In this document: in pieces, positions 34,937 to 48,100 of the stretch | Layout of the letters: each line of letters opens with the position of its first letter | Numbering within the stretch: position 1 is the stretch's first letter | From: Euglena gracilis | Lineage: Eukaryota | DNA length: 64,000 nucleotides | Direction: 5' to 3' | Assembly: GCA_039621445.1 (NCBI GenBank) | Contig: CP154954.1 | Location: 37,743,703-37,807,702, forward strand | Program-made: the position numbers and the translations under genes | Notes under the pieces: generated by a model | Database searches by the model: none | Told to the model about the DNA's origin: nothing | The model's input: only the letters and a program-made list of their open reading frames with translations

Positions 34937-37900
34937 CTACTCCAGGTCCGAACCGGCCGAATAGCCGGCTATGGGCCTTTTAGAGGTATAAACAGATTTC
35001 AACGTGCGCACCGCCTTGCGGGCCTCGTCGAAATCGGTATCCGTGGTCTCATCCCCCTCCCTGCCCGAAGCCGGGGTGTCATCTCCAAACAAGATATCCT
35101 GAAACCGACTTTATGGCGGTTGGAGGAGTGACCCTTGTCACCGCGATTCATACCGCGATGACGTTGGCCAGGGCGGGGAGAACGAGAACGCGGACATTTG
35201 GACGAGTGGTGATCACTCGATCCACACAGCGAACACCCAGATTTGTGTCGCGATTCTGGGTAACAGGGGGATCGGTTTCCCGACTTCCCGTCAAACCGTC
35301 GTGGTGACCGGATATCCCGTCGACCATGACCGGTGTATCGGGGTTTTCCCGATGAGGATCGCGAAGAAGATGTTCCGCTTCGCGAACGCGATCGCGATGT
35401 CTCGCGATGAGAATCACGCTTCTTGGCCGGTGCACCGGGTGACCTACCCCGAAGGGTACCGTGTTTCCGCTCATCGCGGAACGGGATCCGGGGGCTAATG
35501 CCACCGGAACGGGGACCCGATGACCGTGAATTGCCCGATTGGCGTGAAAACGCCGAGGAACCCAAACCCCGTGATGAGGTCGAGCCTCGCGGACTCTGGA
35601 TACGTTTACGCGCTTCAGGATTAGGACATTCTCGAGACATATGTCCCGATTTGTTGCAAAAAAAGGACACTTTGTCCGTGGCTTAGTCCGAAGAACGCGG
35701 GTATCGCGTCTTCGATCCCGTGTTTGGTGAAGTGGGTGAAACCGGTGATTTTTGCAATGCGTTCACCGAACCAGCCGGTAATCCAGCGGTTGGGTGTGCG
35801 TTATACGCGGATTGAATTTGACCAAGAAGCTGTGATAGCTTCAATTGCTTGGAAACGTAGTTCCAGCGTTGGTCAAGAGTCATTGGATGACTCGCCAACT
35901 CCTCACGGTGGATATCCTTAATGAGGCTAGGCGTGAAATGCATGAGAACAACATCAAACTGTTTGCGCATTTGCTTTTCACTGAGTTCATCCACTTCAGC
36001 GGCAAGTCCCAACCATTTGGCATACCAAAGGACAATGGACTTCCACTTGCGATTGGGTGGGGCGCATTGCCGCCACTTGGTCTCTAGGGTAATCCTAGCG
36101 ACCAAACTTGAACTGGTGGAAGCGTATTGCCCCACCAGGTCATCAAAGGAAACGCGGTAGCGAAACACGAGTTGTCGCGCGCGTTCCTTCTCATCCCAAT
36201 CAGTGGATCGGAATGCCCGATCCACGCAAAGTGAGATTACCAGGTTGGATGAGCGAATTTCCGCGTTTCTGGATAAGCCAAAACTCGGAAATTTGCCCAT
36301 GGGTACCACAACCGTGTTGCCGGATAACCCTGCACCGGTTGCACCCACCACCACACCAACCAAGGTGACATCACCTTTGCAAATTCTCTCAAATGCTGTA
36401 AAAGCATTAATGGGACAACTCCAATTATTGGATAAGTCTCACGGGAAACTTGTCCGAGATGTTACCGGAATTTCCGAAAGGATTCCGCACTTGGATGACT
36501 TTTCCCGTTACCGCAAGCGTATTCGCGCTTTGGAGGATGAAGTGGACCGTATTTGCGGCCAACTCCAACTCGTTGAGCATTTGGAGCAAAGTGTGCATGA
36601 CTTGTCTGTTGGTTTGGATAATGTGTCCAACCACAGCGGGTTTCACACCGCAATTCGGCAGAATGCATTGCCGAAGATGCGCCAAATGTTCCAGAGTCGC
36701 GTTTTCATAACCCGGCTCTGGGTGCACATGCACCACCACCACCCGTGTCCCGAGTGTCACAATCCGCGATTCCGCGAATTGTGCCACCATTGGCCTTGTC
36801 CACAACCCAAACCCAGTTTCCGGATGAATCTCCCATTCCGGGAACCGAATTTGCGGAAAACACGGCGATTCCGCCAAGTCTCCATCAAGAAATCCATCGT
36901 TCCATGCTTGTGCGTGGAATGAGCCAAACCCGTACACCGGGAGTGGGTCATATGTTGCATGCGCGACATACCCCCACACCGGAGAGTCCCCCTATTACGG
37001 GTGACCAACAGGGTTTGCGACCGTATTTCCGGTACCAGGATTCACCTTCACCAGAAATTTCACGATTCCGACAAGAATCCGGAAAGGATACGCTTGGTGC
37101 TCGAGCGCACCCGGGCCTGAATCCACGGAATACCGCCGAGGGCCAACGGGTTTTTCAGAAAGACTTCAAGGGCACCATCGCAATCGCGAACAAGGTGAAA
37201 CCCCAATGGGACGGTGATCCAACCACATGGAGACAGTTTTTCCGTGACTGGGAGTACTATTGGGCATTGAAGGGGCCAACCCAGGACACAAACCCGGAGG
37301 TGATCAAGATGGAATTCATCGATTGCCTCCCAAGGGATGAAAAGGAGGCTGTTGCAGAAATCTTGCAAGGTTTCCTGATTGTTAGTGAGCTTTTTGTCAT
37401 AAAATGTCTTGAAATCAGGGTTCTCGGTAATCCGAGAACTGGAAACTGCAGGCAGAGACTGCATTTCCGTTACTTTGGTAGACACCGATGCATACCGGGT
37501 CTGGAGTTCCCCAATAGCAGTCTGTATACCGCTAATGTCCGGAACTCGGTGGGTAAGTGCGGAATAGCTTTGTTGCAAACCCGCAATGGCCGAGTTAATC
37601 CCGCCAATTTCGGATTGCAACTGCAACTGCAGGGAATCCTGCCGTTGTGCGATTTCCGCCACTTTCGCGTTCGGATTGGATAATCCAACCTGATTCGCAT
37701 CACAATAGCAGGTTTTCTGCTCCAAACGGGAAAGTCGCTCCTCCAACTGCCGCACATACGTGTGGGGAGCAAAATTCTCGTTGGCTTGTGACTGAAATTG
37801 CCGAAACTTTTCCGTTTCATCGAACAACTGCATAATGCGGTGTTGCGATTCATGGAAACTTGCGGACAATGTGGTGAAATGGTCCATAGACACAAATCCA

Positions 37901-38901
37901 CCACTGCTGGATGTTGCAGACGAGGAATCTCGTGCATGCAACTGTTGTTGCAAATGCAACAACGCGGATGAACAGGACTCCATTTGTCCCGATAACCGTT
38001 GTAGTGAGTCATGCAAGTGCAGAAACTTGCAGTCATTCCGCGTTTCCGCTTCATGCATGCATTCACTAATTTGCCGGAAGTGTTGCGGGAGTTGTTGGCA
38101 CATTTTGTCAAAGGTTACCCGAAAGTTTGCAAGGTCAATACACGCACTTTCGAAATTCCTCTGGCAATATTTGCCAACTTCCTGCAAGCAACTCCAGCAG
38201 AATTCCAGCTTGGTGAAGACATGTTTTTGGTTTTCCTCATCGAACTGGAGCACTTTGTTCAGTGTGGTTGCGGAATCTGCAACGCATTGTTGCACATGGT
38301 TGAACTGCCTCACAAGAGGGTGATCCCCTGGAAGCCGAGCCACGATATCCTGCACATCCTCAGCAGTGAGGAGCTCACCAGTGCCCTTCCCATAGCCAAC
38401 CATGGGTTGGGACGTACCGGAGAATTCCGGTACCACTAGGCGAGTCTCCGGTGGCCAAGGTAGTGCGGGATAACACCCAAGATCGGGTGGTGGTTGCAAA
38501 GCTCTGTAAGGGCTTGCCGGTGGAAGAACGGGTGGTGGTTGAAAGAAACACGGGGTTTCCAGTCCACCATCACCAGAAAAACCCGGTGGCGGAATCACCA
38601 CGGGTCTCTCAGGTGTGCGCAGCTGCACCATTGCCGCAGACAGAGGCGAATACCTCCGTTGTGGCAAGGTGAGTGCGGAAGAGGCCGTATTAGTCTCTGA
38701 AGCCAAAGATGTATCGCCGACCACTGTCAATGATGACAAACGTTGCAATCTTGACAATTGAGCCAATTGTGCCTCATCGGCGTGGGAACTGGAAGCACTT
38801 TCACATAAAAGCTTCCAATCCCCAGTATCTTGGTCAATGTCTTGCAATGATGCCTCGAATATGGCTTAGTTGAATTGATGGTTGGGGCCTGTGCTTTGCA
38901 T
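34937..38901 (-). pseudogene. gag: gag of B2 (segment ~36198-37345 inverted to +)
   Basis: MQST start at 38901. ORFs 37060-38847 (-), 36203-36922 and 36745-37345 (+), 35683-36197 and 34999-35670 (-). Knuckles xFFCNKSGHMSREC and CSLCGSSDHHSSKC. Confidence 0.87.
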
Positions 38902-39170
38902 CTTTCTGGTCACAAAAGCAGCAAAAACACACAAAACTAAGCAGTTGTGCTGGCACCAGAGGGGCTGTAACGGGTAATACCGTACAGAGCCTCCCGGAGC
39001 CTGCTCGTCTGCTTAGACGTTGACTAGAAGCCGGGTGTTGACACTGCGACCGTGTAATAACGGTGCAGGGGCTCTCCGCTGCCAGTCAGCGTAGGATCGA
39101 ACCAATCTGCTACCAAGTGTAATACTTGATAGCGTTCCTGTTTGTGAAGTGTGCATAGGATAATAGCCAA

Positions 39171-39180
39171 TCTGCTACCA
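39171..39180 (-). promoter_or_regulatory. PBS of B2 (TGGTAGCAGA); second copy at 39106-39115
   Basis: Abuts the 5' LTR end. Confidence 0.85.
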
Positions 39181-39498
39181 AGTGTACGTCTGATTCCGAA
39201 TTCCCCTTTCCCAATTCCCAAAAGCCTTCGCTTTCGCCTTTGCGCACCTACTTGGGAACTGAAAATCAGAGTAACAGTAAAAACCCTTTTCCCACTTCCC
39301 AAGAAGCAAAGCACGGAGCAATGCAGGGAGGACGGACTGGATAACCAAGTCCGGTCCGGAGAAAACGAAAGACAAACAGAATATAAAAGAATACCACCTA
39401 TAGAGAGAGAAGGGGCACCCATTAGGAAATCCTAATAGGATCTGCTTCCATCCTAACTTCCTCAACGGAAGGAGACAGAAGCATACGCCTGGTACACA
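39181..39498 (-). repeat. 5' LTR of B2
   Basis: TGTGTACC...GACGTACACT; matches 23528-23793 plus 21921-21961, and 20428-20740. Confidence 0.92.
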
Positions 39499-40544
39499 GC
39501 TTTCCAATCACTGCCTTTGGCAGGGGGCGTACATGGTGCAGCACCCGGTTTGCCTCCTTTCGGCTTCGCACTCCCGGAAGCAGGAGGCGACGCCTGCGGT
39601 TTACTCCTGGTATCAGGAGCCGGTGCCGGAGTGGACGTTTGCCGTCTGGGCGAAGCGGGCATACTGACCGCTGGCTCGCGCATGACGCTCCGAGGGGCCG
39701 GCACGCGTTCCTGGGGTTGTTCAGCCCGCCGTCGCCGAGGAGGTTCATCCTGTCCGACGAGGCATGGCACTGTGGTCGTCACCGGAATCGGTGCTTCCAC
39801 AGGCGCTGGCACTCCCAGAAACTCTGCTATTGTCCTCGGGACGGCAGGGAGCCTGCGCGGTGTCGGTAGTTGTGGGGGTATATCCTCCACTTCCGTTTCG
39901 ACATCCGGTCTAGGAGGTTGATCCTCCACAACCGCTGGCGCAGGTGCTACGGGAGGTTGATCCTCCGTTGTAGCTGGTGCGACAGATGGCTCTGTCGGCT
40001 GGGGATCATCCCCTGGTGGTGGTAGCACTTCTGCCAGAGTTGGGGGTGCAGGGACACCGACATCTGGTGTCTCCACGACCTCGGCGGCGGAGCCTGATGC
40101 TACGCCTCCACCTCGTGGCGTTAATGCTGCAGCCACGGCAGTAATGCCAGTGACCACGGCTCGGAGTACACGGCCTCCTGTTGAGGTGCGTGCTGCGGGG
40201 CTGCTTGGTTCTTCGAGGATATCCTCGACGACCATACCAGTCACCTCGGCCGGAGGCTCAGCCGTTGGAACGGGCGTAGCAGCCACAGGTATATCCCCTG
40301 CGGGTGCTTCGACTGGCCTAGGCAGTGCCGGAGCAAGCAGAGCAGCGTAGAGGATATCCTCCACGTTCTCACCTTCCTCCTGAGGGAGTTCCTGGTCTCC
40401 ACCTACCGGCGGACAGACGGGAGCCGCCGCGGCGGCCGGGGAAACTGATCGTTCCCCTGCCGCTCGCGGGGCAGAGAGGAAGGAGACAGCTATTCCTGTC
40501 GGAGACGGCAGCCCTGCCTCCAGGATCGTGACGGAGGGGCTGCG
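39499..40544 (-). pseudogene. Middle Pro/Ala/Glu-rich part of the B1 extra ORF
   Basis: ORF 39462-40364 is closely similar to 25574-26401. Confidence 0.8.
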
Positions 40545-40908
40545 AGTGTATGTCCCCTGACTCTATTCCCACAGCCTGTCGGCCTACTTACACCCTCATG
40601 TGGGAACAGAACCAGGAGAGTAACAAAAAAGAAAGTCTTTCACTTAACTATTAGTTTTTATTGCCTTTGGGCTTATGCCCAAATCTTTCAAATCTTCAAA
40701 TCTTTGATTTGCCCTTTTGGGCTGATGAAACACAAAACAAAACAATAATACCACCTGTGAAAAGAGAAGGCAGATCCGAGATAGGATATGCTATTCCTAA
40801 TTCTGCAATTTGTATTGCAGAACATGGAATAGTACTATCTGGCATGACATTGTACATTTTGCAGTCTGCTGCTATGCCCAGTGCCATGTTCATGCTGCCT
40901 GGAACACA
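40545..40908 (-). repeat. 3' LTR of C1 (internal deletion of ~55 bp relative to the 5' LTR)
   Basis: Direct repeat of 48733-49152. Confidence 0.92.
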
Positions 40909-43900
40909 TCCCCCTCCCAGGGCTTTGCCCGATTTCCTTACTGGACCAGGCCTGCAAGGATTCAAGCAGAGCTCTGAGACTGAGGAATGTACACCAGGAC
41001 CGCATGTCTTGGGTCTGCTTCTCCATCACAAGGTCAAAAACCAGAAAGGGAAGGAAGGAAGAGAGGGTAACCCAAAAACCCAAAACGCGCAAAAGAGTTT
41101 ACCCGCTTATGCGGCTAACTACTTATTGCGGTAAAGGGGTGGAAGTTGAAGAGCCCGCTTAGAAAGTGGGGCTGGAAGGTTTTCTTTCCAGAAAGTCCCA
41201 TCCACCCAGGTTTGGGGTGTGCCTATGGCACTTGTGGTGGTCTCATTCCATGACCGGAAAAGATTGTAGAGGTAGGGTGTGGAAGGAGGGGCACCTGGCC
41301 AGTCATACCTGACCAGGGAAGAAAGCCTATTTACAAAACCAACTGCCGGCGACAGCGATTTTGCCCGGGGGGGGAAAGGGGAGAGGAGTGGGGGGCTGGT
41401 CTAAAGACCTTACAAAGAATTTTTGCTGTCTGGCAGTCTTACGGGGGCCTTAAGGCCGAAAAGTAACAAGTTGGGGCTATTATTGCGGTGTGCGCGCTGT
41501 ACGCTGTGCGTCTTCTTACTGGCGGCATATACCGCTGTGAATTCTTCACAGTGCAGCGCGAGCACGGTGTTGTCGATGGGGTATCCCCAGAGGCGTATAC
41601 CTCAGAATAGCGGGCAGTAGCCCTAAAAACTGTAGGTTTGGCATTCGGAGGACCCAATGGTCATCATGTGCAACACTAATGGTGTCATTCTGCAAGGTTT
41701 ATAAGGACCATAGCTCAAAAATGGTGAAATCCAGCTTTTTGTGATGAATTTCACCGCACTGGAACAATGTTCCACCATTTTATGTGCATTCACAGTTCAT
41801 TTGCGGTTTTTCAGAGTGGTATAATCCACCCTAACCACATTTGTTCGGTGAATGGGCAGCAGCCTGCCACAATTCCGCATTTTTTCAGCGGTTGTACACC
41901 TGAGTGTGATCTTTTTGGCAATATGCCGATTTTTTTTATTCGGGTATACACCCAGTAGTATTTTTGTGCCATGCATATTCCGCAAGGTAATGTTTTTGGG
42001 CGATAAAGCCTACCCCCCCCCAATTTTTTTGCTTAATGCCAACCCTTCAGCCTACAGGCTGCACACCCAAAGCACAATTATATCGGTAAGGGGGTGCCAC
42101 GGAATAAAGTGAGGGGGAGTGGGGCAAGAATACCGTTAGTGTGGTAAGCAGAAAAAAATACTGCAAATATGATAAAATCTCATCATTTATGACTATGCCA
42201 CTGAGAAATACTGGCTTTTGTCAGATTTTTAGGGAAATCCCTATCAGGATTTAGGGCAGAAATGCAGATTCTGCGTCAAGAGTTGCATTTTTTGCAACCA
42301 AAAGTGCAACTCTGTTGCATTTTGAGTCATTTTAGACTGCAAATTTGCCAAGTGCACATAGTGCTTGTTGAGAGTGTCCAATAACACTGCATGTTTGTTG
42401 TGTATAGATTTTGGGATTTGGGTGTCTAATAACACCCAAAAAGCTGTAAGATTGTGTAAAATATTGCGAAAAAGCAAAAATACGCTTGAAAGTGCAACTG
42501 AAACATGTCTATGACATCTTGAGCAAAGGAAAAATTGCCATCATCAGCATATCCCTTTGCATTCCATTCTGGCATAGTGCCTCAAGATGACTCCCATTCG
42601 GGATATGAGTGCCAGAATAGGGAAAAATCACCGAAAATTGTAGAAAATCAATGATTGAAATGAAAATTTGCACATAAGTGCTCCTAAAAATGGTTCTAGT
42701 GAGTCGAAATGACTCTAAATTGTGGGCTATAGCCCTCTGAACTGTACCAGGCCTAATAGCCCATACAGAGGGGGTAATGGGCAGAATGCTGCCAAAGGTA
42801 TTAAAAAATGGCCATTAGCCAATCTGGTAACCAATGGTAATTAGCCATCAGAAACGATGTAGGGAACAGTATAGAAGCCTTTCAGGCTGATTTGTCAGTC
42901 TGGTACACGATCGTACAAGATCTGGCTCAAAATTTGGCTTTTGGCCGGATTGGTTGGGCTTAATTCAATTTTTCACGATCTCCTCAAATAAGAGTACCGT
43001 GCAGAGTTACAGCGATCTGTTTGCACCGCTGGACGGCTCATCAAACGAGCTTCCGAATGAGGGGTAACATGGCCTATCGGCCAGCTAAACGCGCTTAGAT
43101 ACGTCTTTGATCTTTTGCCTGTGTGAGTGAGCTTTTGCTATAAGCTCCAATAATTTATTCTACAAAGACAACTTTTGGTTTCTATCTCATACGCACTACG
43201 ACATACAGTCAAAACCTCATGGTACGAGGTGCCAGAAATTTTGAAGCTTTTGTGGTGGTTTTGAGGCTATGCCAAAGTGACACTTATGCAAATCTGCATA
43301 AAACTAGCCTATTTGGCTTGTTTTGGCCAATTCAGCCACTTTCAGCAATGTAATATGGCTTTTTGTGCCATTTTTTTGAAGTCCTATGGACTTTTCACTT
43401 TATAGTATGGATTTGTGGACTATAATATGGATTTGCAATTTGTGCAAATTGGTCCTGTGGACCAATGGACCACATGGGCAATGGCCTAAAAGCCTTGCAC
43501 ATCATAGGTTGTATTGGTCACATAGACCTAAGGCTAAGTGGTCAAGTCCATAAAAATGCATGTTTGAATGTATTTTCTTCATTTTCTTTTTTGCGGGGGG
43601 GGGGCAACTATGTTGCACGTAAAAGAAATAAAATTGTGAGCATTTTCCCATGTCGGGATTGCATTTTGCCAAAATAATAAGCCATTTAAGGCACAAAACT
43701 GATGTTTAAGCACAAGTTGGATAAGTTTTCGGGAAAAATGCAGTATTTGCAATGCATCCCAAAAACTTATCACATGACTTGTGTTGCTTTGCTCTATACA
43801 GCTTTGGGAACACCAAAATATTTTTGGTGTGGGAGTGGATTGGGCAAAAAACCGTATTCACATAAAACTTCACTTCTTGTTTGCTGTCACCAAACAAAAT

Positions 43901-45138
43901 CCGCAATTTGATCATGTGGTACAGAAACAAACATCCATGAGCAGAGTTGCGGATTTCCACACATATATCTTTGGGAATGATTCTCAAAAGAATATGGGTG
44001 GTTTGGGCGTATACCCATGTGTCATAAATGCACGATAGTGCTCACACGACATTGTGAGAAAGGGGAGGTTGCTAAGGTGAGTGGCGCGATACGCGCGGGG
44101 TCTAGCGCGATACGCGCATGATATGGCGCGATACGCGCGGGGGGGGGGGGCAGTTGCCTCACTGCACAACATGTGCGTGGGGGGGGTAGGCTTTGAAGCG
44201 CGATATGCGCAGGATTCGCGCGACGCGCGGTGTGCGCAATTAGCGCTTGGGGGGGAATGTGAGCTGTGCGCATCGGCATTGATGTGTGCTATGTGCTTCG
44301 GCGGGAATGTGCACATAGTGCTGAATTTCTCTTGCACTTGACAAAAATCGGTCAATGAATAGAGCTCTCCGTTGGAGATAGAGTGTGGGAGGATTAGTTT
44401 TGATGTATATATTCACCTTTGTGTTTGGTTGGTGATTGTGTGGAAAGTTCTCCCAGAGTGCACGCCTTGGGGGAAGGTGCGGAGTAGTTTTCCTGGTCGC
44501 GCATGTCGGTCTGCGGGGGTGAGTGTGTAGTAAAAATTTGAGCATGCGAATTTTAGAGCTGCTGGGGGTGTACAGGATTGTCTGAATCGACAACCCTGGT
44601 GGAAAACGAAAAATTGGAAGCAGCTGGGCGACTACTCGACACCGTTTAAACTTCAGGCCTTAGGGCTTTCGTCTTGGAACCCAGTGGAACGAATGGGGGT
44701 TAAGCTACTTGTTACCCCTACCGCATGTGGAACGTTTGTGGATATGCGGTGGGTAGGGGGGGCACTTTCTCTTTACCCCGGGTTGAAAACGGTGTTGGTG
44801 TTGTTGAAAACGGTGTTGCTGCCATCGAAAACGGTATGTAAAAGTAATGATTAGTGGAAGTTTGCGGGAGGGGAAGAATTTTGCGGTGTCATGTGCATTC
44901 TTGGAGCGGGAATCCACTCAACCACATGGACATTCATGGACTATCCCATGATAAACCACAACCGGAAACACAAAACGGTCTAAATGTCAAAGGTTCGTGA
45001 AAATTTTGAGCGGGGTCACGAAAAAATTCTTGCACACTGACCAGAAAGGATACTGGGCAGGGGATGACTAGGGTCGCGACTCCTGTCACCTCCTTTCTAG
45101 TACCCTCTGTAGTCCGTATCCTTGGATTTTTGGTTCCT

Positions 45139-48100
45139 TCACTCAAAAACCGAACCGGTGGCCATATCAGCCGTTGACTTTCTTGACGCATATACGTCCC
45201 TGACTATATGAGCGCTAAAGCGGGGATGATCCCTTTGGTTACGTGGGGTATCATCCCCCTCCCTGCCCGAAGCCGGGTGATAATCCTCGATAGAGGTTGT
45301 TGTTTGACCTACCTTGTGCCTTTTGGCTAAAGTATGATCTTTTGAACTGCGACTCATATCGCGATGGCTGTGGCTTGGGTGGCGGGAGTTCGCATAGCGA
45401 CAGTTGAGGGAGGGGTGGTTGGTGTATCCGCACAGTGAACATGTTGATCGTGATTGGTATTTTGATTTTTGCAAATGCGCATTTTGTGAAAAACGAGAAC
45501 TGCATGACGAGGCTGATCTTCTTGGGCTTGCGTTGCGCTGTCGCGCTGCAGGATTTGAACAATGGCAAGATATATGACCCTTTTTGTTACACAAAAAGCA
45601 CAATTTGTCCGAAAATTCTTCTGAAGAGCGCGAATCGCGCAATTTGGATTCCGCCATAGCGGTATGTGATAAGTGTGACACTTTTTTCACAGAACTGACT
45701 TGGATAGCAGGTATTCCTGCCGTGGGGTGGCTCGTATAAGCCGACTGGATTTGTCCTAAAAGCTGTGATAGCTTCAACTGTTTGGAAACATAGTTCCATC
45801 GCTCACCGAGCGTCAAAATATGTCCTGCGAGTTCCTCTCGGTGAATTTCTTTTATGAGTTTGGGTATAAAGTGCAGTAATACTGCGTCAAATTGCTCTTT
45901 CATTTGAGTTTCGCCTAACTCGTCTACTTCGGCTGCCAAACAAAGCCATTTGGAATACCATAGGTCCATTTTCGGTCATGGGGGGCGTATTGCCGCCATT
46001 TTCTCTCCAGACTGATTCTGGAAACCAAACTTGATCATGAAGAAGCATATTGCTCTACCAAATCCTGAAAAGAAATGCGCCCGCGTATGACCAATTGTCT
46101 GGCGCGTTCCTTTTCGTCTTTTGGTAAACAGTATATGAATTCCATTTTGATTACTTCTGGGTTTCCGTCTTGGGTTGGACCCTTCAAGTCCCAGAAGCAT
46201 TCCCAGTCACGGAAAAATTGGTTCCATGTGGTCGGGTCACCGTCCCATTGGGGCTTCACCTTATTCGCGATTGCGATGGTGTTTGTGAAATCTTTCTGAG
46301 TAACCCGTGGCCCTTCGGTGGTATTCATGGTTGGTGGGCCCGGGCGCGGTATCGCACCATGTGTGGATACACTGGTGGTTGCACCAACTGTGTTGTTGGG
46401 GGAAATATACGAGTGCGCATGGAGTGTGCCATTGGCACTTTGTAAATTTTGTGAATCGCGAGTGCGCGAATGGTGATGCGGATGCGCATGGCGGGGTGAC
46501 GTGTCACATGGTTGTACTGTTGGGGATTCCAAGCGTATTTGCGAGGAATGACCAGTAAGTGGTGTGGAATTGCCGCTCATACCGCGAAATAGTTCGGATT
46601 CCGCAATCTTTTGACTGAAGAGGTGGGTTGGTCTGGATCTCGATGGAAAACCCGACTCATCATCCGAAAACTTGTCCATTGGGACTGGTAACACCACGGG
46701 GGAACTTCCACATGAGCGGAAATGTGGTGTGGTGGCAATGTGCCAGTAGGCTCTTCAATGGTTGCGCGAATAGCACCTTCTGAGGTGAAGGATGTGGCAA
46801 GTGTGCCAACCATACCCGAATGCAGGATTTTTTGTACAGAACGCAATTGTGCGTGTACTTGGTCCAAATTGGTTGCCAACTCGTGCACACTTTGCTCCAA
46901 ATTGTCAACAACTTGCAAATTGTCGTTTATCCGACTCACATCATCCTGTAAGCGCCTAATTCGCTTTCAGTTTGAGGGTAACTCATCCAAAAGCAGAGTT
47001 TTGTAAGAGATCGACTGCAAGTCCTGTGCAATTGCACCAAACCCAGTGTCTAATTCTTGAACTCGTACCGCTAAAGTGCGTATCGCACTGGAAATGGCCT
47101 CCAATTGCGGAGATGGTTGGTCCGAATGCGGACTTTTGACTATTTCAGCCTTTGGCTGTTCCATCAAAACCGAAACTTGCGCGGATAGCGCGGTAATGTC
47201 ATTTTGTAGTTTTGTGACATCCTGCTTCACCGTTTTCTCGGTGTGCATGAGACTATCACAAAATCCTTGCATAATTTCGTGATTTTCAGCGCGCATTTCA
47301 GCGCAAAACTGCTCCAAGTGTAGGGATGTGAGTGTGGGTATGGGTGTGGTCGACGGCAATGCGTCTGGGGTTGGTGATTGCACCTGAAGCAATTTTGTGC
47401 TTAATTCTTGCATGCATATCTGCAAATCCGCTATCGCGGTTTGAATTACGGTTACATCCGTAATTTTGCCATTTGTTTCCGCACAGCGGGCATGAAACTT
47501 AGCCATAGCGGCTTCAATTTCTACCACGTCACTTTGCCGCTGTTGTTGCAAATCCTCAAACCTACTCGCAATATTTGCGATTTGGGTGTGAAAACTTGCA
47601 ACTTCAGCAGGAAATTCACCAGAATGACGAGATTTCTGCTCTAATCGAGAAAGTCTCTCCTCCAATTGTTGCACATAAGTGCGGGAGGCAAAACTTTCAT
47701 GTGCTTGGGCAGAAACTTGTGCAAAATTCGCGGAATCACCGCTGAATTGCAGAATGCGCTGTTGCGATTTCTGGAAATCAGTAGCAAGGTTGGAAAACTG
47801 CTGCAGTGTGATAAATTGTCCGATAGGACTTGTACATGGGAGCACATGGGGGGGCGGGAACAAATTTGGTATTTCTAACTCAACCTCAACAAAACGTGGA
47901 TGTGGCGCAACCGCCTCAGAATCAAATGTGCCTATCGGCATTGGTGCGATATCTCGCTGGAGGGTAAAACTGTCAGCCAATCGGCTTTCCACCAAACCTG
48001 GTTGAGCCTGTTGGGCTATGGGCAGCTCGATAGAGCTGCTGGACACCGATAGGTGCGGGGGAGCCCATTGGGCGGGGGGATGAGGCACCATTAGGTTTGC

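Larger units (their letters stand above)
21921..39498 (-). mobile_element. Complete Gypsy element B2 nested in the B1 extra ORF, rearranged by inversions (this span also contains the inverted B1 piece 21962-23032)
   Basis: 5' LTR 39181-39498; 3' LTR split into 23528-23793 (+) and 21921-21961 (+). TSD AAAGC at 21962-21966 (+) and 39499-39503 (-). Confidence 0.9.
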
